Origin: Adineta vaga | Lineage: Eukaryota; Animalia; Rotifera | Direction: 5' to 3' | DNA length: 64,000 nucleotides | NCBI GenBank assembly: GCA_021613535.1 | Contig: CP075497.1 | Location: forward strand, 3,720,001 to 3,784,000 | In this document: positions 52,201 through 64,000 of the stretch, piece by piece | Numbering within the stretch: the first letter of the stretch is position 1 | Layout: each line of letters begins with the position of its first letter | Program-made: the position numbers and the translations under genes | The notes under the pieces: model-generated | Databases searched by the model: none | Seen by the model: the letters and a program-made list of their open reading frames with translations, nothing else | Told to the model about the DNA's origin: nothing

Positions 52201-55200
52201 GATAGCAAAAAAGAAGAAGAAGAAGAAGAAGAAGAAGTCACTTCAGACTTCTATGAATGAGATGAATATCTATTTCGAGGTCTCAGTTAAAAATAGAACC
52301 GAGGACAAGTGCGACGTGATAATATACTTTTGTTTTCTATTGCTTAAACTGTCAATTCTCAACATACTAGTTTGTATATGTATATGTCTATGTCCTTTTT
52401 GATTAAATTCGATGACACATTGAATGAGAAAGATGCAATTAATTTGAAACGATCATCAATAATGTGTATATGTATGTGTAACAGTTTGTCGCCCATCGTA
52501 CGTCGTCATCATCTTCTTGACCTGCATTACTATGGGTTAGTTATTGTGACTGAACGAATGAAAAGACAATACACAATACACAATACAATTCAATATAACA
52601 AGTGCTTCAAGAAGTGTTTATATATGTATATGAACACAATCATTGTAAGAAAAATGAAGAAGAAAAAGTTGTAGTTGTAACAAAAAATAAAACAAACATC
52701 ATATTCTTCGTCACAGTTCTTATCGTCTATCGAAGTTATTTTAATTATAATCTTGAGCTAGACAAAATAGAAGAGGTGTAGTCAAAAGAACAACACAAGT
52801 ACTATAGCAAGTGATTTTTAATGTTATTTATACATGACAGGACTGATATGTAGTTATACTTAGTATTTTTATCATTACTAGACAATCGATAATACACAAG
52901 TACATGGATAGATGAACGACAGTTATGGAAGATAGGATCATCAATCGGTCTATTCATTTGTTCACAAGAGAGCAATAAATTTATTGTATATGTCGCGTGT
53001 TACATTCGTTTACATTATGTACCAGATCGACTGGCGCGATCTAAAATATTCAATTTCTTCATCACCGTTGTCATCACCTCAATGAGTAAAAAATTGACAT
53101 GCCATGCAATGTTACGTGACAATACAGACAAACTTTGTTGTATGAATAATGAAAAAAGAAAAAGAAAAAGAAAAGAATGTCGTCATTGTTCCGTGATCGT
53201 AAGAAAATTAGATCGATTGGAATAAGGGAAACAAGTTTTATAGAAAATCATGATTTTTTGCTTGAATAAATCGATCGCTCGAGGATAACCTAGTGATGAT
53301 CATTGTTATTCATAATTGCCAGTCGAACAAAACACATCTATTCCCTCCTGCTAAGCTTAGCATGATGTCTTTCTAAAGTGTGAGTTAATTCAATTAGAAA
53401 TGCCGTAAGGAAGAAGACTGATCAAGGAATGTTATTTCAGTACATATATTAGAAAAACATATGAAATAGAAAAATAAGTTTGTTTTCTCACTAGGAAACT
53501 AACCTGATTCATCATCATTGCTTGTAGTTGAAGGTGGTGATGTATTGGAATCAGTTGATGAACAATTTAAATGTTCAGTTTGATGTTCAGATATAGGTTT
53601 CATATTTGTATTGGAATGTGTATATCGATCCATAGTGCAAAGTAATGACGAATTTGTATTCATATTAGAATGATTGCTACCATTTATTTTATGTTGCAAA
53701 TATGACTGATGGGCACATGAACATAAAATGATGTCTTTCGTCGTTTGATGGTGACGTTTATGACATGATGATCTGTGAAGTAAATTCGTAGATGGTGGTG
53801 GAGGTATAAAAGATGTGCAACAAGTTGACGATGGTTGATGAACACCTGTGCAAGAAAAAAAAGAGCAAGAATGAGAAAAATTAGCCCCTATCGGCTATAC
53901 ATATACACATACTAAACAACACAAATAATCGTTAGTTTTGACCATTAATGAGCTACACATCTATGCGCACGCACTCAAACACTTTGGTCCTTCTCTTCGT
54001 ATGCCGCTCGGCAGGAAAACAGCAGACTATTCTTTTCATCTTGATAGGTAAACAAGACTCACTCACCAGATTCTCCTCCTATGTTCTGGTGACCTTATCT
54101 TACGCATACTCCTTGGAGAGAAGAAAAAAGAATTACTTTCTGTATCATCAAACGATTTCAATGAAGATACTTTCCTAAACTCTTGTTAATCATTTGTCAC
54201 AGATACATACACGTATGTGTATCTCACACACACACACACACACTCTCTCTCTCGATACATATATACACGATATCATCCGTTTTATGTAACTTTCTCGATT
54301 GATCTTTTCGATTGTGAGTAACAATCTATTGTGCATCATGCCTTGATGAACATCTGTGTCCCAATATACACTCCCAGGACTTACATCATGTATAACAGAG
54401 AGAAAAGAAGAAGAAAAGAAATCTCTTGCGTGTATTCAAATTATTCATGCAAAAGAAAACTGTACGATTGTATTTCATTCAAAATATATCCGACAATGAC
54501 GACTTAATCGTGCATACCCATCATGGTCGTTCTCAATTGCATTGCAATTGCGTAAGACCAGAACAGCAGACGCGTGTACTATCTTTCCGTTTAGAAAAGA
54601 CAATTGGTTAGAGCGAATACACCAGAGAGAAAAAGAATAAAAATGAAGGAAAGAATTTAGAATAAAAATGCAAGGACACAAATGTCGCACGAGGCTGAAA
54701 ATCGAATTGTTATTGATGAAACGATATTGAAGAAATGACAAGATAGAAGGGAATAAAAGTAAAATGATCACTAGAGGCAAGGACATACTGTTCGAAATTC
54801 ACCAAGATTATTTTGTTGAATCTTGTCAGTATGAACATGGATATGTCACTTCGAAAAACTATCGATGAATGATCGAACAAATATAATGAGAATGATTTCA
54901 TTTAATCCTTCTAATATATACGTATATACATCTCAATGTTCAAATGAATGATTTGTCATGATATCCAAGGGTAATACTAAGTATCTCGTTTTGATATTTA
55001 TCATCATAAAAAAAAAGAAAAATACAATGATGACGACGGCTATGTGATGATTTCTATCATGATCAATCATCATGAAATGAACAAAAACATATATTGTTGG
55101 TAAATGAAAATGTCAGATCATGATCATGTCTAATTTTAATGGTTGCTTGTTTTGCCTTTTTTGAAAAAAACAAACTTACCAGATTGAGATGATGGTTGTT

Positions 55201-55330
55201 TTTTTATATTTGACATTGAAGAGGAAGAGTTATTGTATGAATCGGAATAGTAACCACTTTCAACCTGCCATCCATGAGTTGATGATGGAGGACAATGAAT
55301 ATTAACTATTGATGTCCGTGAAGTTGTCAT
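40257..55330 (-). CDS. TENM: Teneurin (type II membrane protein: Pro-rich intracellular domain, TM, 8 EGF repeats, NHL propeller, YD shell, Tox-GHH-like tail)
   Basis: Exons join in phase from 55330. Poly-Pro intracellular domain, TM WKTIAIVLLLTTLCFL, eight EGF repeats with a Cys missing in repeats 2 and 5, GLVDCLDPDCC, RASVIRGQ, NHL motifs (YYLSTDPVDGRLYISD), YD repeats, TDQIGSP, PFGYAG, C-terminal WSSNEIDELISNG...DDPTNF. Confidence 0.93.
52212..52237 (+). repeat. (GAA)n microsatellite in a teneurin intron
   Basis: agaagaagaagaagaagaagaagaag read directly. Confidence 0.85.
54225..54253 (+). repeat. (CA)n(CT)n compound microsatellite in a teneurin intron
   Basis: cacacacacacacacacactctctctctc read directly. 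Confidence 0.85.
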
Positions 55331-58300
55331 AATCTAAAGTTAAATGAAAAGAATATGAATATATATATAAATAAAATAAAAAAGAAAGAATCAAATGAAC
55401 ATTATTTTTCTCTTTCTCCTAATGATCAAATTTCTCTTCTCTTATTTTCTTCTTCTTCTTCTTCTCCTCTTGCTCTCTTATCGTTCATCTGAACTCATTC
55501 TATGTGCATCATCTGTGATTAAAGCAAGACAGATGAATATCAACATATTTAGTTCTTAACTTTGCTCACGTAATGTAATGAAAAGTAAAAATGAAAAGAA
55601 AATAAAGATATTAGACAACGTCTTCTTTCTGACAATCTATACAGACAGGTATCGATATCATTGATAGTATTGATGATTGTTGCATCAGAAACGAGACGTA
55701 TTTCGTGCTGTAAATCATCAACAGACTAGATGACTAGTCTCATCTTATTACTCAATAATGACAGCTCAACTCAATCAATCTATATCATCAATATTGACTT
55801 TCTGGATCGGATCAGATAGCACATATTGCCTACGAGATTATTTGTGTTTCATTTTCTAATTATAGTCATTCAGAGATAATTAAAGATTGAACTCACAGAA
55901 TACATACATATTTCTACATACACTAAAAATCAATTTATACATTTGATATTGATTATATATTAAAAGTAAAAGCTATATACATACAAAATAGGTATCATCC
56001 TTCAACAAGGTCTTGATGCAAATATATTATGCAGAAATGATCCACTTACTCAATGACTATATGTGTGATCTTGTTGACATTTGACTGAGCACATACACAT
56101 GGTCAATCTGATTATGAAAGTAATAAAAAAATCACTGCCAATGTCATATAGTGAATCGAAATTCTTAACACTTCTCTTCTAACTTTTCTTTCTTTCAAAT
56201 AATTGACATATGAACGTTAAATATGTATCATCTCACATTATTTACATAGTGAAGGGCAATGGTCGAGCACTTCTCGTCTTCAATGTTTTTGTTCAATCGA
56301 TAAAAACGACAAATAAATCTAATCTCGCACCATGATGCACATTTTTTTCCACTTTCTTTCTATCTGTCTTTTTTTCGTATGTATGAATGTACACATTTCT
56401 CTAATGATTTCGATTGAATGCAGAATGCATTACAATATCACAAACCATCATTTGATTCGTATCATTCGATGAATATGGAGAATAAATTAGAGCAAGCTGG
56501 GTTCGTATATATATATGTGCCAAACACAATAACTGTCAATCAATATATATATATATATACACAAAAGTGAAACATGTGCTGAACACCACAGGTGATTTCT
56601 ATTCAGATGAGACAAAGAAAAACCAAGTGCATTCTTTCTCTCGCTCTCTCAATTAGTGTGACCTAAGCTAATAGAACAACAAAAACATACAGATATTCTA
56701 TATATGTATGTCAAGTAACGGTAAAAAAGAAACTTCACTTCATTGTGAATAAAGTTTGACTTGACTTCGAGCAATTTTTCTTTTCTATGCTTATCAGCAC
56801 GCTTCATTTCTTCATGAGTTCATAAGATAAGAAAAAGAAAATGATGATTGTTTGAAACCTTAATATCTGACTGGTATAGAAATGAATCAAAGATGCAACT
56901 TGAAATGAATATGAAACCAAACTATAACAGACGACAAAGTAGAGATTCTCAAAAGAGTCACTTCTATATTTAGGTGAGGTCAATCAATGAAAAGAAAAAC
57001 AAAAATTGAATAGATATCTTATCGAATTTTGAGACGCAATACTTACGACGACAAGTGTTCACACACACTTCACCTATGAATATCAGAAGAAAAATAAAAC
57101 AAAACAAAAAATTTCATCTAACTTGTTGCCTTAAGCATGTACTTTCCTCTTCAGAATTCACTCCATTTAATTTGGAGTCAATTATCAAAAAAAAAGCCAA
57201 AAATGAATGAGAGAAAGAAAATCTGAGTAGTCTATATGAAAAAAGAAACTAATCTTTGATCATTGACATATGTTCATTTCTCATATTTACTATTTTTGAT
57301 TTCAATACACCTGCCCAATTTTCACGGACGAGTACAAAAGAAAAGAAGTGTAACATTAGAAAAGAGATATCGTTTCTTTTCTTAAATGAAACGAAGTAAT
57401 GTGGTCCTTGATCTTGTGCACATCTGTGGAGCCTGATGACCCTCAACGCTAACTTTTCTCTAAGCCGTTTACATATAAATTTATGCAATAACTATATAAA
57501 TATATATTTATTTTATTTGACAAAAGACAGCTGGCTCACCTGGTCATCAAATCTTGATCATTTAATTGATTCATTTTTGAACATATGGATGTATGTATGC
57601 GCTTGAGATAACAGGATGATAGAAGAACAATACAGTATCGTAAACAAGTTTATTACTTAGCTTTCTCGTATATCTTTCGATACAACGACGTTTATTTCAC
57701 GCTCGAACTATGATAACAAAGGAAAATACATTGAGAATGAACATCATGGATGATGATGATGATGGATAGAAAAGGGGTGAACCACACATATTCTCAGATA
57801 ATGCACTTATTTCGGCTATTAATTTACTCATATATAGAACGGACAACGGCTGCAACTAAGACTACAAGAACGATAAGCCATGCACGAAATAGACATTTGA
57901 TCGGTCCCTCGAGGACATCAAGACAACGATGCAAGCAAGAAACAAAATGAAAGAAATTTGTACAGGCTGATACAAAACAAATTGATTATCAACTATGAGA
58001 GACTATGAACTGAGTAGAAAAAAAAAGAAAGATTGAATACTGACATAATCATTTTCTTCTTCTTAGTCGTCGTCTTTTTCTATAGCTCAGACTGGTCATC
58101 TCAACAGCTCATTAGAGTAGAACTTTCTCGTAGAAAGAAATCAAAAAAGAAACGAAGCGATATGTTGATAGATCCATCAACTTCGAACAATAGTAAAGAG
58201 AGTTCTTTACGTATAGTTGTAATCAAATGGATTGAATCAAGTCATATGTACAGAGAGACAACAAAATGAACATCATCATTCATTTCTTTTTTTCGTCTAT

Positions 58301-59210
58301 TGGAGACATACTGTGAAATCCACTCGACAATGAGAAGATAGTAAGGCGGCGATGTTAACAGTGTCCTCTTGAAAAATTAGTCCACAGCTGTGTCGAAAGT
58401 ACTCAGACAGACAAGCGTAATTTGGATGAATCAAATGAGTAAAGAAGATAAGTTTAACTTGAATTGAATCGTTTTGTTGATGACAATAATAACAAAAGAA
58501 ATGAGGATTATTTATCTATTTTTAATTGTTTTCTTCTTTTTTTATCAACAGCTGAGACATTCATGTTTATATGTGTCAAGTTGACATTTATTTCACGATT
58601 AAGAAAGTAGTTAATTGCCAAACGTTGATCATTCGATATTTGAGACACAATAAATGTCTATTGAACGTCAAACCTTCTGCAAAGGAAGGAAATGTGGCGT
58701 GTTGCCACAGACAATTCAGACATACGTCTCTTTAAAATACTATTGACGGAAACAAATCATGAGTGGCACGAGGCAGGAATTGTGATCTCTCTGTTTGATT
58801 GATGATCGGTGTGAACTATTCATATACAAATGAGTGACGGAAATGTGTATGCCATCTTCTTAATTATTCTTTGTCAAATAGAACAGATTCAACTCAATTA
58901 AAAAACATTATTTCCTTCGTCAAAATTGTCTAACTAATATTTAGAATAAATATGATTACATCTTTCCTAATTTCAAAGTATCTGGATGATGCAATGAATG
59001 ATGACACATGCATAAAGAATCACTTACAGAATGAATAAACATGACATGATTTCTACTATACGTGTGACAGTTTAAACAAAATAAAAAAACATCGATACTA
59101 TTGACATCTGTTGTAGATGACACTATGGTAATTGCACAATCTGAATATTTTTTTTTCTAATTATTTAAAGCGTACTCTGCATTTCATAGTCAATAGTTAT
59201 TAATTTTCAC

Positions 59211-59810
59211 ATGGCGAATTCATCTACTCGAGTACCGCAAAGAAATACCAATTTATCTATACATGTTGGTAATCTTTCGTATCGTACTAATGAACAAGGT
59301 TTAGAAATATTTTTCAATGAAAAATGTGGTGATGTTAAAAAAGTCCGTATTATTTATGATAATAATACACAACAAAGTCGTGGTTTTGGCTTTGTGTATT
59401 TTAATACAGTTGCCGCTTTTAATACAGCATTGAATCTTTCGGAATGTCGATTAGATGGACGTTTACTTCGAATTTCATCTGTTGAATCGAAAAATTCTTC
59501 AACAACTAATGAAGTTCCTATTACATCTACATCTCAAATAACAAACAAATTCAAAACACAAGTAGTACATTGTAAGAAATCAAATTATGATGTTTATATT
59601 GGTCGTCCATCTGATTGGGGCAATCCATTTGTTATCGGCAAAGACGGTGATCGTAGTGATGTTATACGAAAATATCGTAATTGGATTATGCGTCAACCAG
59701 ATCTTCTAGCTCGAATTAAACCAGAACTTCATGGTCAAAGAATTGCATGTTGGTGTAAACCAGAAGCATGTCACGGTGACGTACTCGCAGAGCTTGCTGA
59801 TGCTGACTAA
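59211..59810 (+). CDS. Intronless RRM + DUF4326-like fusion protein (199 aa)
   Basis: RNP2 IHVGNL and RNP1 RGFGFVYF, a Ser/Thr linker, then VVHCKK..YDVYIGRPSDWGNPF...YR.W...LHGQRIACWCKPEACHGDVL, the DUF4326 pattern (YIGR, WGNPF, CWC.P..CH.DVL). TATA-like TATTTAAA at 59162-59169. Confidence 0.88.
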   Translation: MANSSTRVPQRNTNLSIHVGNLSYRTNEQGLEIFFNEKCGDVKKVRIIYDNNTQQSRGFGFVYFNTVAAFNTALNLSECRLDGRLLRISSVESKNSSTTNEVPITSTSQITNKFKTQVVHCKKSNYDVYIGRPSDWGNPFVIGKDGDRSDVIRKYRNWIMRQPDLLARIKPELHGQRIACWCKPEACHGDVLAELADAD

Positions 59811-62254
59811 ATCATACGAAAATGTTCCCTTCTTTTTATCTTCTATGTTGTCAAAACAGTTTGACGATAGAATTGAGATGGCATCGATAATATTTAATAG
59901 TTGTTTTTTGTTCTGATTGATTTACATTAGACATTTACAAAGTTAAGATAAGAACGAAAAAACGCTTGTACAAACAAAAATATTTTTCTTTTCTTTATAA
60001 TACTTTCTACGATACCTTTATTTTTTCAAGATAAAAAAAATATATGTAACTAACAATCTATTGAAAAATGATTCTTATATCTTTTGAAAAAGAAAATGAC
60101 GAATATTCTGATAAGAAACTGACATGTTGATCCCCTATGATTAATTTTATATAAAAAAAAGAGACTAAACTTCGGTGGTTTGTCAGGCCTTGCAGAGATT
60201 AATCCCAATGACAATTGTAAATGATAATATATGTATATTTTTTATTTCGTACATTTAAAATTGATAAGTTCTTTCTCAATGAGTAATATCGATTCTGCTT
60301 ATACAAAAATGTTTATTCTCTCTCTTTTCTTTAGTACTATTTATCTATAAAGTGATCGATTGCTGTAAACTTTATGGTTACTTCTGTGTTGCTCTATATA
60401 TATATATATACACATACGCATACACATATGAAGATATTATAAGTTCGTCTGACCGAGAGGTGAAGCAAGAAAAACACAGAGAGTAAAGATGTTGATATAA
60501 TAGGATAATGTCTGGAAGAAGAGAAAATTATGTGGAACAGCAATTGCATCGGCAATGGCGGTCACTGTTATAATAACAAAGACCAAATACGTAATAACAA
60601 AGAAATAGTTCAACATGCGAATTACTATTGATTACATAAAAACTGACGATGAATGTTCATGAAGGAAAAAATGTAAGATTTCTCTTTTAGTCTGCATGTG
60701 TATGTGTGTTTGTCTTTTTTCTCGAAATATTCAAGGTCTTACGTTACGTATATCCGTTTGATAATGTCGAATGAAAAGAAGAAAAGAGAGAAAGAGAGAG
60801 AGAGAGAATATGTACTAATCGGATTCAATGATGAAATGAAGACAGTGAATGCAAATATCAATTGTCATCCCTTCTCAGCAGGATTCTAAACTCGTTTTAT
60901 TTGTGATGGCAGTGATAAGAGAAAAGCGAAAGAGGAAGAGTAAGTCGCTTTTACTCCTGCTGGCCGTTCTCCCATTTAAGCGAATCATTTATCAAAAGGT
61001 TGCAGCACATTTAATAGATGAAACATTCAGTTAGAAGATTCATTGTGAATACTTGATGATGTGGTATCTCAATGATCAACAATCTTCCTTAATGGTTAGT
61101 AAACAGTTTTGCTTTTCATTGTCGAATGTATCAATAGAAGAAGTTAAAGACTTTCAAAGAACTATTTTCTCTTTTCTTTCATCAATTATAAAGGTAGTTT
61201 GTCATAGGTTTCTTTTTCTTTTTCATTCTTCTTCTTCTTCTACTTCTTCTTCTTTCTATTCACGATGTTTTATTTATTCGTTCGTTTCTTTTTGATTTCA
61301 TAGTAATGTTCTTCAAACAAACTAATATAGTATACAGTATGAAATACAGATGATGATGAAGAAAGAAAAAATAACATCATAAATAGCCGTTTGACACAAC
61401 CATTCACTTCTATATCGTATCTTTCAACATCGGAATTTGTTACAAAATAACGATGAGTAACATTAAAAAAAGAGAAGAAATTAATGTGTGTATGTGTGCA
61501 AGTGAAATAACTATGGGCACTTTCAATCAATTCAGACATCAGATGAAAAAAAAAGAAAGAAAAAATTGTATACAGATGCGAGCAAGGATGTTGACACATC
61601 TTGTCTTCGATCGATCTCTCATAAATTAGTTTATAAGAGTTAGAAGCAAAGAAAAGACTTCTTCGTAACAATGACAGTTATATATTTGCGCATTTCTTTT
61701 CATTTTATTCGAAGAACTGTCTGATGCACGATTATTAGTCGTACGAAAACAATGTATTGTATATCTGAAATAAAATTTGTATACATTTCTATATGTATCT
61801 TTATATACATTATATATTTAAGATGGGACGACAAAGAATGGCAAAATGATTCATAGACAGCATGGATGTAGAAGAATAAAAAAAACTGCACGTTCTAACT
61901 CGACGTGTTCGACTACGTAACATCACTATTACACCTAGTATCTACTTTTTTGTGTTTGTCTCCTTGTACTCGAGGTTGTTATTGTCGAATCAATCGATTG
62001 ACGTTTAAGGTAAAAACTACTTGCGAGATTTTTTATTCTATTAACGTTTCATTTGAATAAAGCGTGTCAAATTTTATTTTCGATCGTCGTATGCCACTGT
62101 TGTTTTTCAGGTGTCTTTAAAATAAGTGCATGTTTTTCGTAAACAAGGCTTACAAATTTCCTTCCCTCAGTTTGCTATTTCTTTTTTCGTCCTTGCTTGT
62201 TTCACCTTTACATACATCTGTATATGTGAAATCACTAAATCACATTTCGATACC

Positions 62255-64000
62255 ATGGAACGACAAAACAGCAGCGACAGCAGCATCAGTAGCCATAGTA
62301 GCAACGACGATGATTCTAATGTAGATTTATTGTTCTTTATCATTACAAAAACGTTTTCTCATGATTAATTAATATTTTCTCTTGTCGTTCTCAGGTTAGT
62401 TTGGACGGTTCATCAACAACACCCGTATCCACAACGATGGATAAAGGATATTATCGACAAGTTCCAAATCGATTTTTTACCAATGAATCAAATACCGATA
62501 CATGTAAATTGGAACGATTAACTAATTTATTTCCTGATATGAAAGCAACTATTGAATTAGGTATGTTTATGCAATGATTACATTAGGAAAAGGAAATAAA
62601 AGATTGTGCTTTTTTCTCTTTTAAACTTAGAATTATTTAAAAGCAATAGTTTATCACGTACAGTGGATCGTCTTTCTCGTATTTATACTGTATTAACAGC
62701 ACTCGATACACGTGATGATACTTTACATCTATTTCTTGGTCCATATCATTTATCGTTGGGTCCAGCTTTGTTTGCAGCACTTCATTTTAAAAATGCATCA
62801 GCAGCATTACTTACTGCTTCACGTCCAATAACGACAGGCGGCGCTGGTGGTGGAACTGAAAGTCAACGACGTAAACGTCGACGTGAAAATGTTCTTCGTC
62901 GATTTCGTCGTGCTGTACGAAAACTTACTCTCGTTAAATCTATTGTAGATCAACTTCGACCTGCTTCAGTACTAACACCCTATAATCAATATGAATTACA
63001 ACAAAAAGGAATCTATGATCTTGTATTAGCTGGACGTGTACAAAATGCTGATTCAATGTTCACAAGCGATGATTTTATTGAACAGTTAACGAAATTCGAT
63101 ACGGCATCTAATGCAGGAGAACGAAGTTCTTTATTAGCTTCTAATTATGTTAAAATAAATAATTTGCTCAATTTACTTTCTTCACCTCAACAACCATCAT
63201 CACAACAACAACAACAATATCCACAAACATACGAAAGTAATTCAACCACAGTAACAACAACATCAAAATCAACTGGAAATATAAGTCGTATTAAATCTAC
63301 CGAATCTCTTGTTAATGGAACCAATAACAACAATAATACTAATACTATTAATCCAGGAAACATACTAGATTCCGAATCATCCTGTTGTTCACTGCATCGT
63401 CCAACATCACCATTTATTATGTTTCCTGTAAATCAAACCGCTAGTCCTCAACCTAGTCAATCACTATCAACTAAACCTCGTTCACGAGCTAATAGCAGTT
63501 CAAATTTACTTAAAACACCAAATGTTCTCTCAAGACAAAGCACGGTATGTAACATATGTAAACAAATAGGCAGATAAACACGTTAGTGTAAAGAATATAA
63601 AACTTCATCGAGTAAATATATGTTTAATACTTTGAGGCTCATTTACTAGTGATTAAATTATATTTGTGTCTAGCGTACAAACATAATATCTATGACATTC
63701 ATAGATTTTTCTTTCCTATACATGTACATTTGAACAGAGATAAATGATCTTCTTTTGTCAATTAGATCTTTCTTTTCATATATATCTGTTCCGTTTTCTA
63801 TACAATTACGTCATCAGAAAGAAGAAAAAAAGAAAAGCTTGATCAAATAAGTAATAGTTTTCTTTTCCGTTTTTCTTTTACAATAGGCCAATAGTTTGCC
63901 TGACTCTTCAACTGGTGACGTTTCCACTTCAGATCTTCGTTCATCACCATCATTACTAATATCAGCGCAATCAAATCCTGTAAATATCAATTTAGATACG
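62255..64000 (+). CDS. Uncharacterised spliced protein, 3'-incomplete (runs off the window)
   Basis: Exons 62255-62320, 62395-62560, 62631-63544 and 63887-end join in frame through GT-AG introns. Contains a basic helix (RRFRRAVRKL) and low-complexity S/N/Q regions. No family recognised. Confidence 0.7.

Noticed and set aside
1-64000. tRNA, rRNA, CRISPR arrays, telomeric arrays, intact transposons
   Set aside because: None recognisable by eye; small ncRNAs cannot be excluded without a covariance-model search.

Overview
AT-rich eukaryotic genomic DNA with many short (~50-60 nt) GT-AG introns. The style and the ART-TPR gene family suggest a bdelloid rotifer (inference, not shown by the sequence). 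Genes in order: bombesin/CCHamide-type GPCR (+); a frameshifted, C-terminally truncated ERG4/ERG24/LBR-type sterol reductase (+); a peptide-type GPCR (+); a decayed block holding a hAT transposase remnant, an unidentified remnant and a pseudogenised ADP-ribosyltransferase-TPR gene; a tightly packed minus-strand trio of thioredoxin reductase, DPM3 and Dopey; Hrs/HGS (+, divergent from Dopey, apparently lacking VHS); nocturnin (+); follistatin (-); teneurin (-); an intronless RRM-DUF4326 fusion (+); and an unidentified spliced gene running off the right edge. Most notable: (1) the RRM-DUF4326 chimera, a prokaryote/virus-type domain fused to a eukaryotic RNA-binding domain; (2) a thioredoxin reductase ending in a Plasmodium-type CGGGSCG redox tail, with large insertions; (3) an operon-like Dopey->DPM3 junction, with a poly(A) signal ~70 nt upstream of an unpaired splice acceptor; (4) a 69-bp piggyBac-type mini-MITE; (5) a candidate 21-nt teneurin microexon. 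All identities come from motif recognition by eye; no searches were run.
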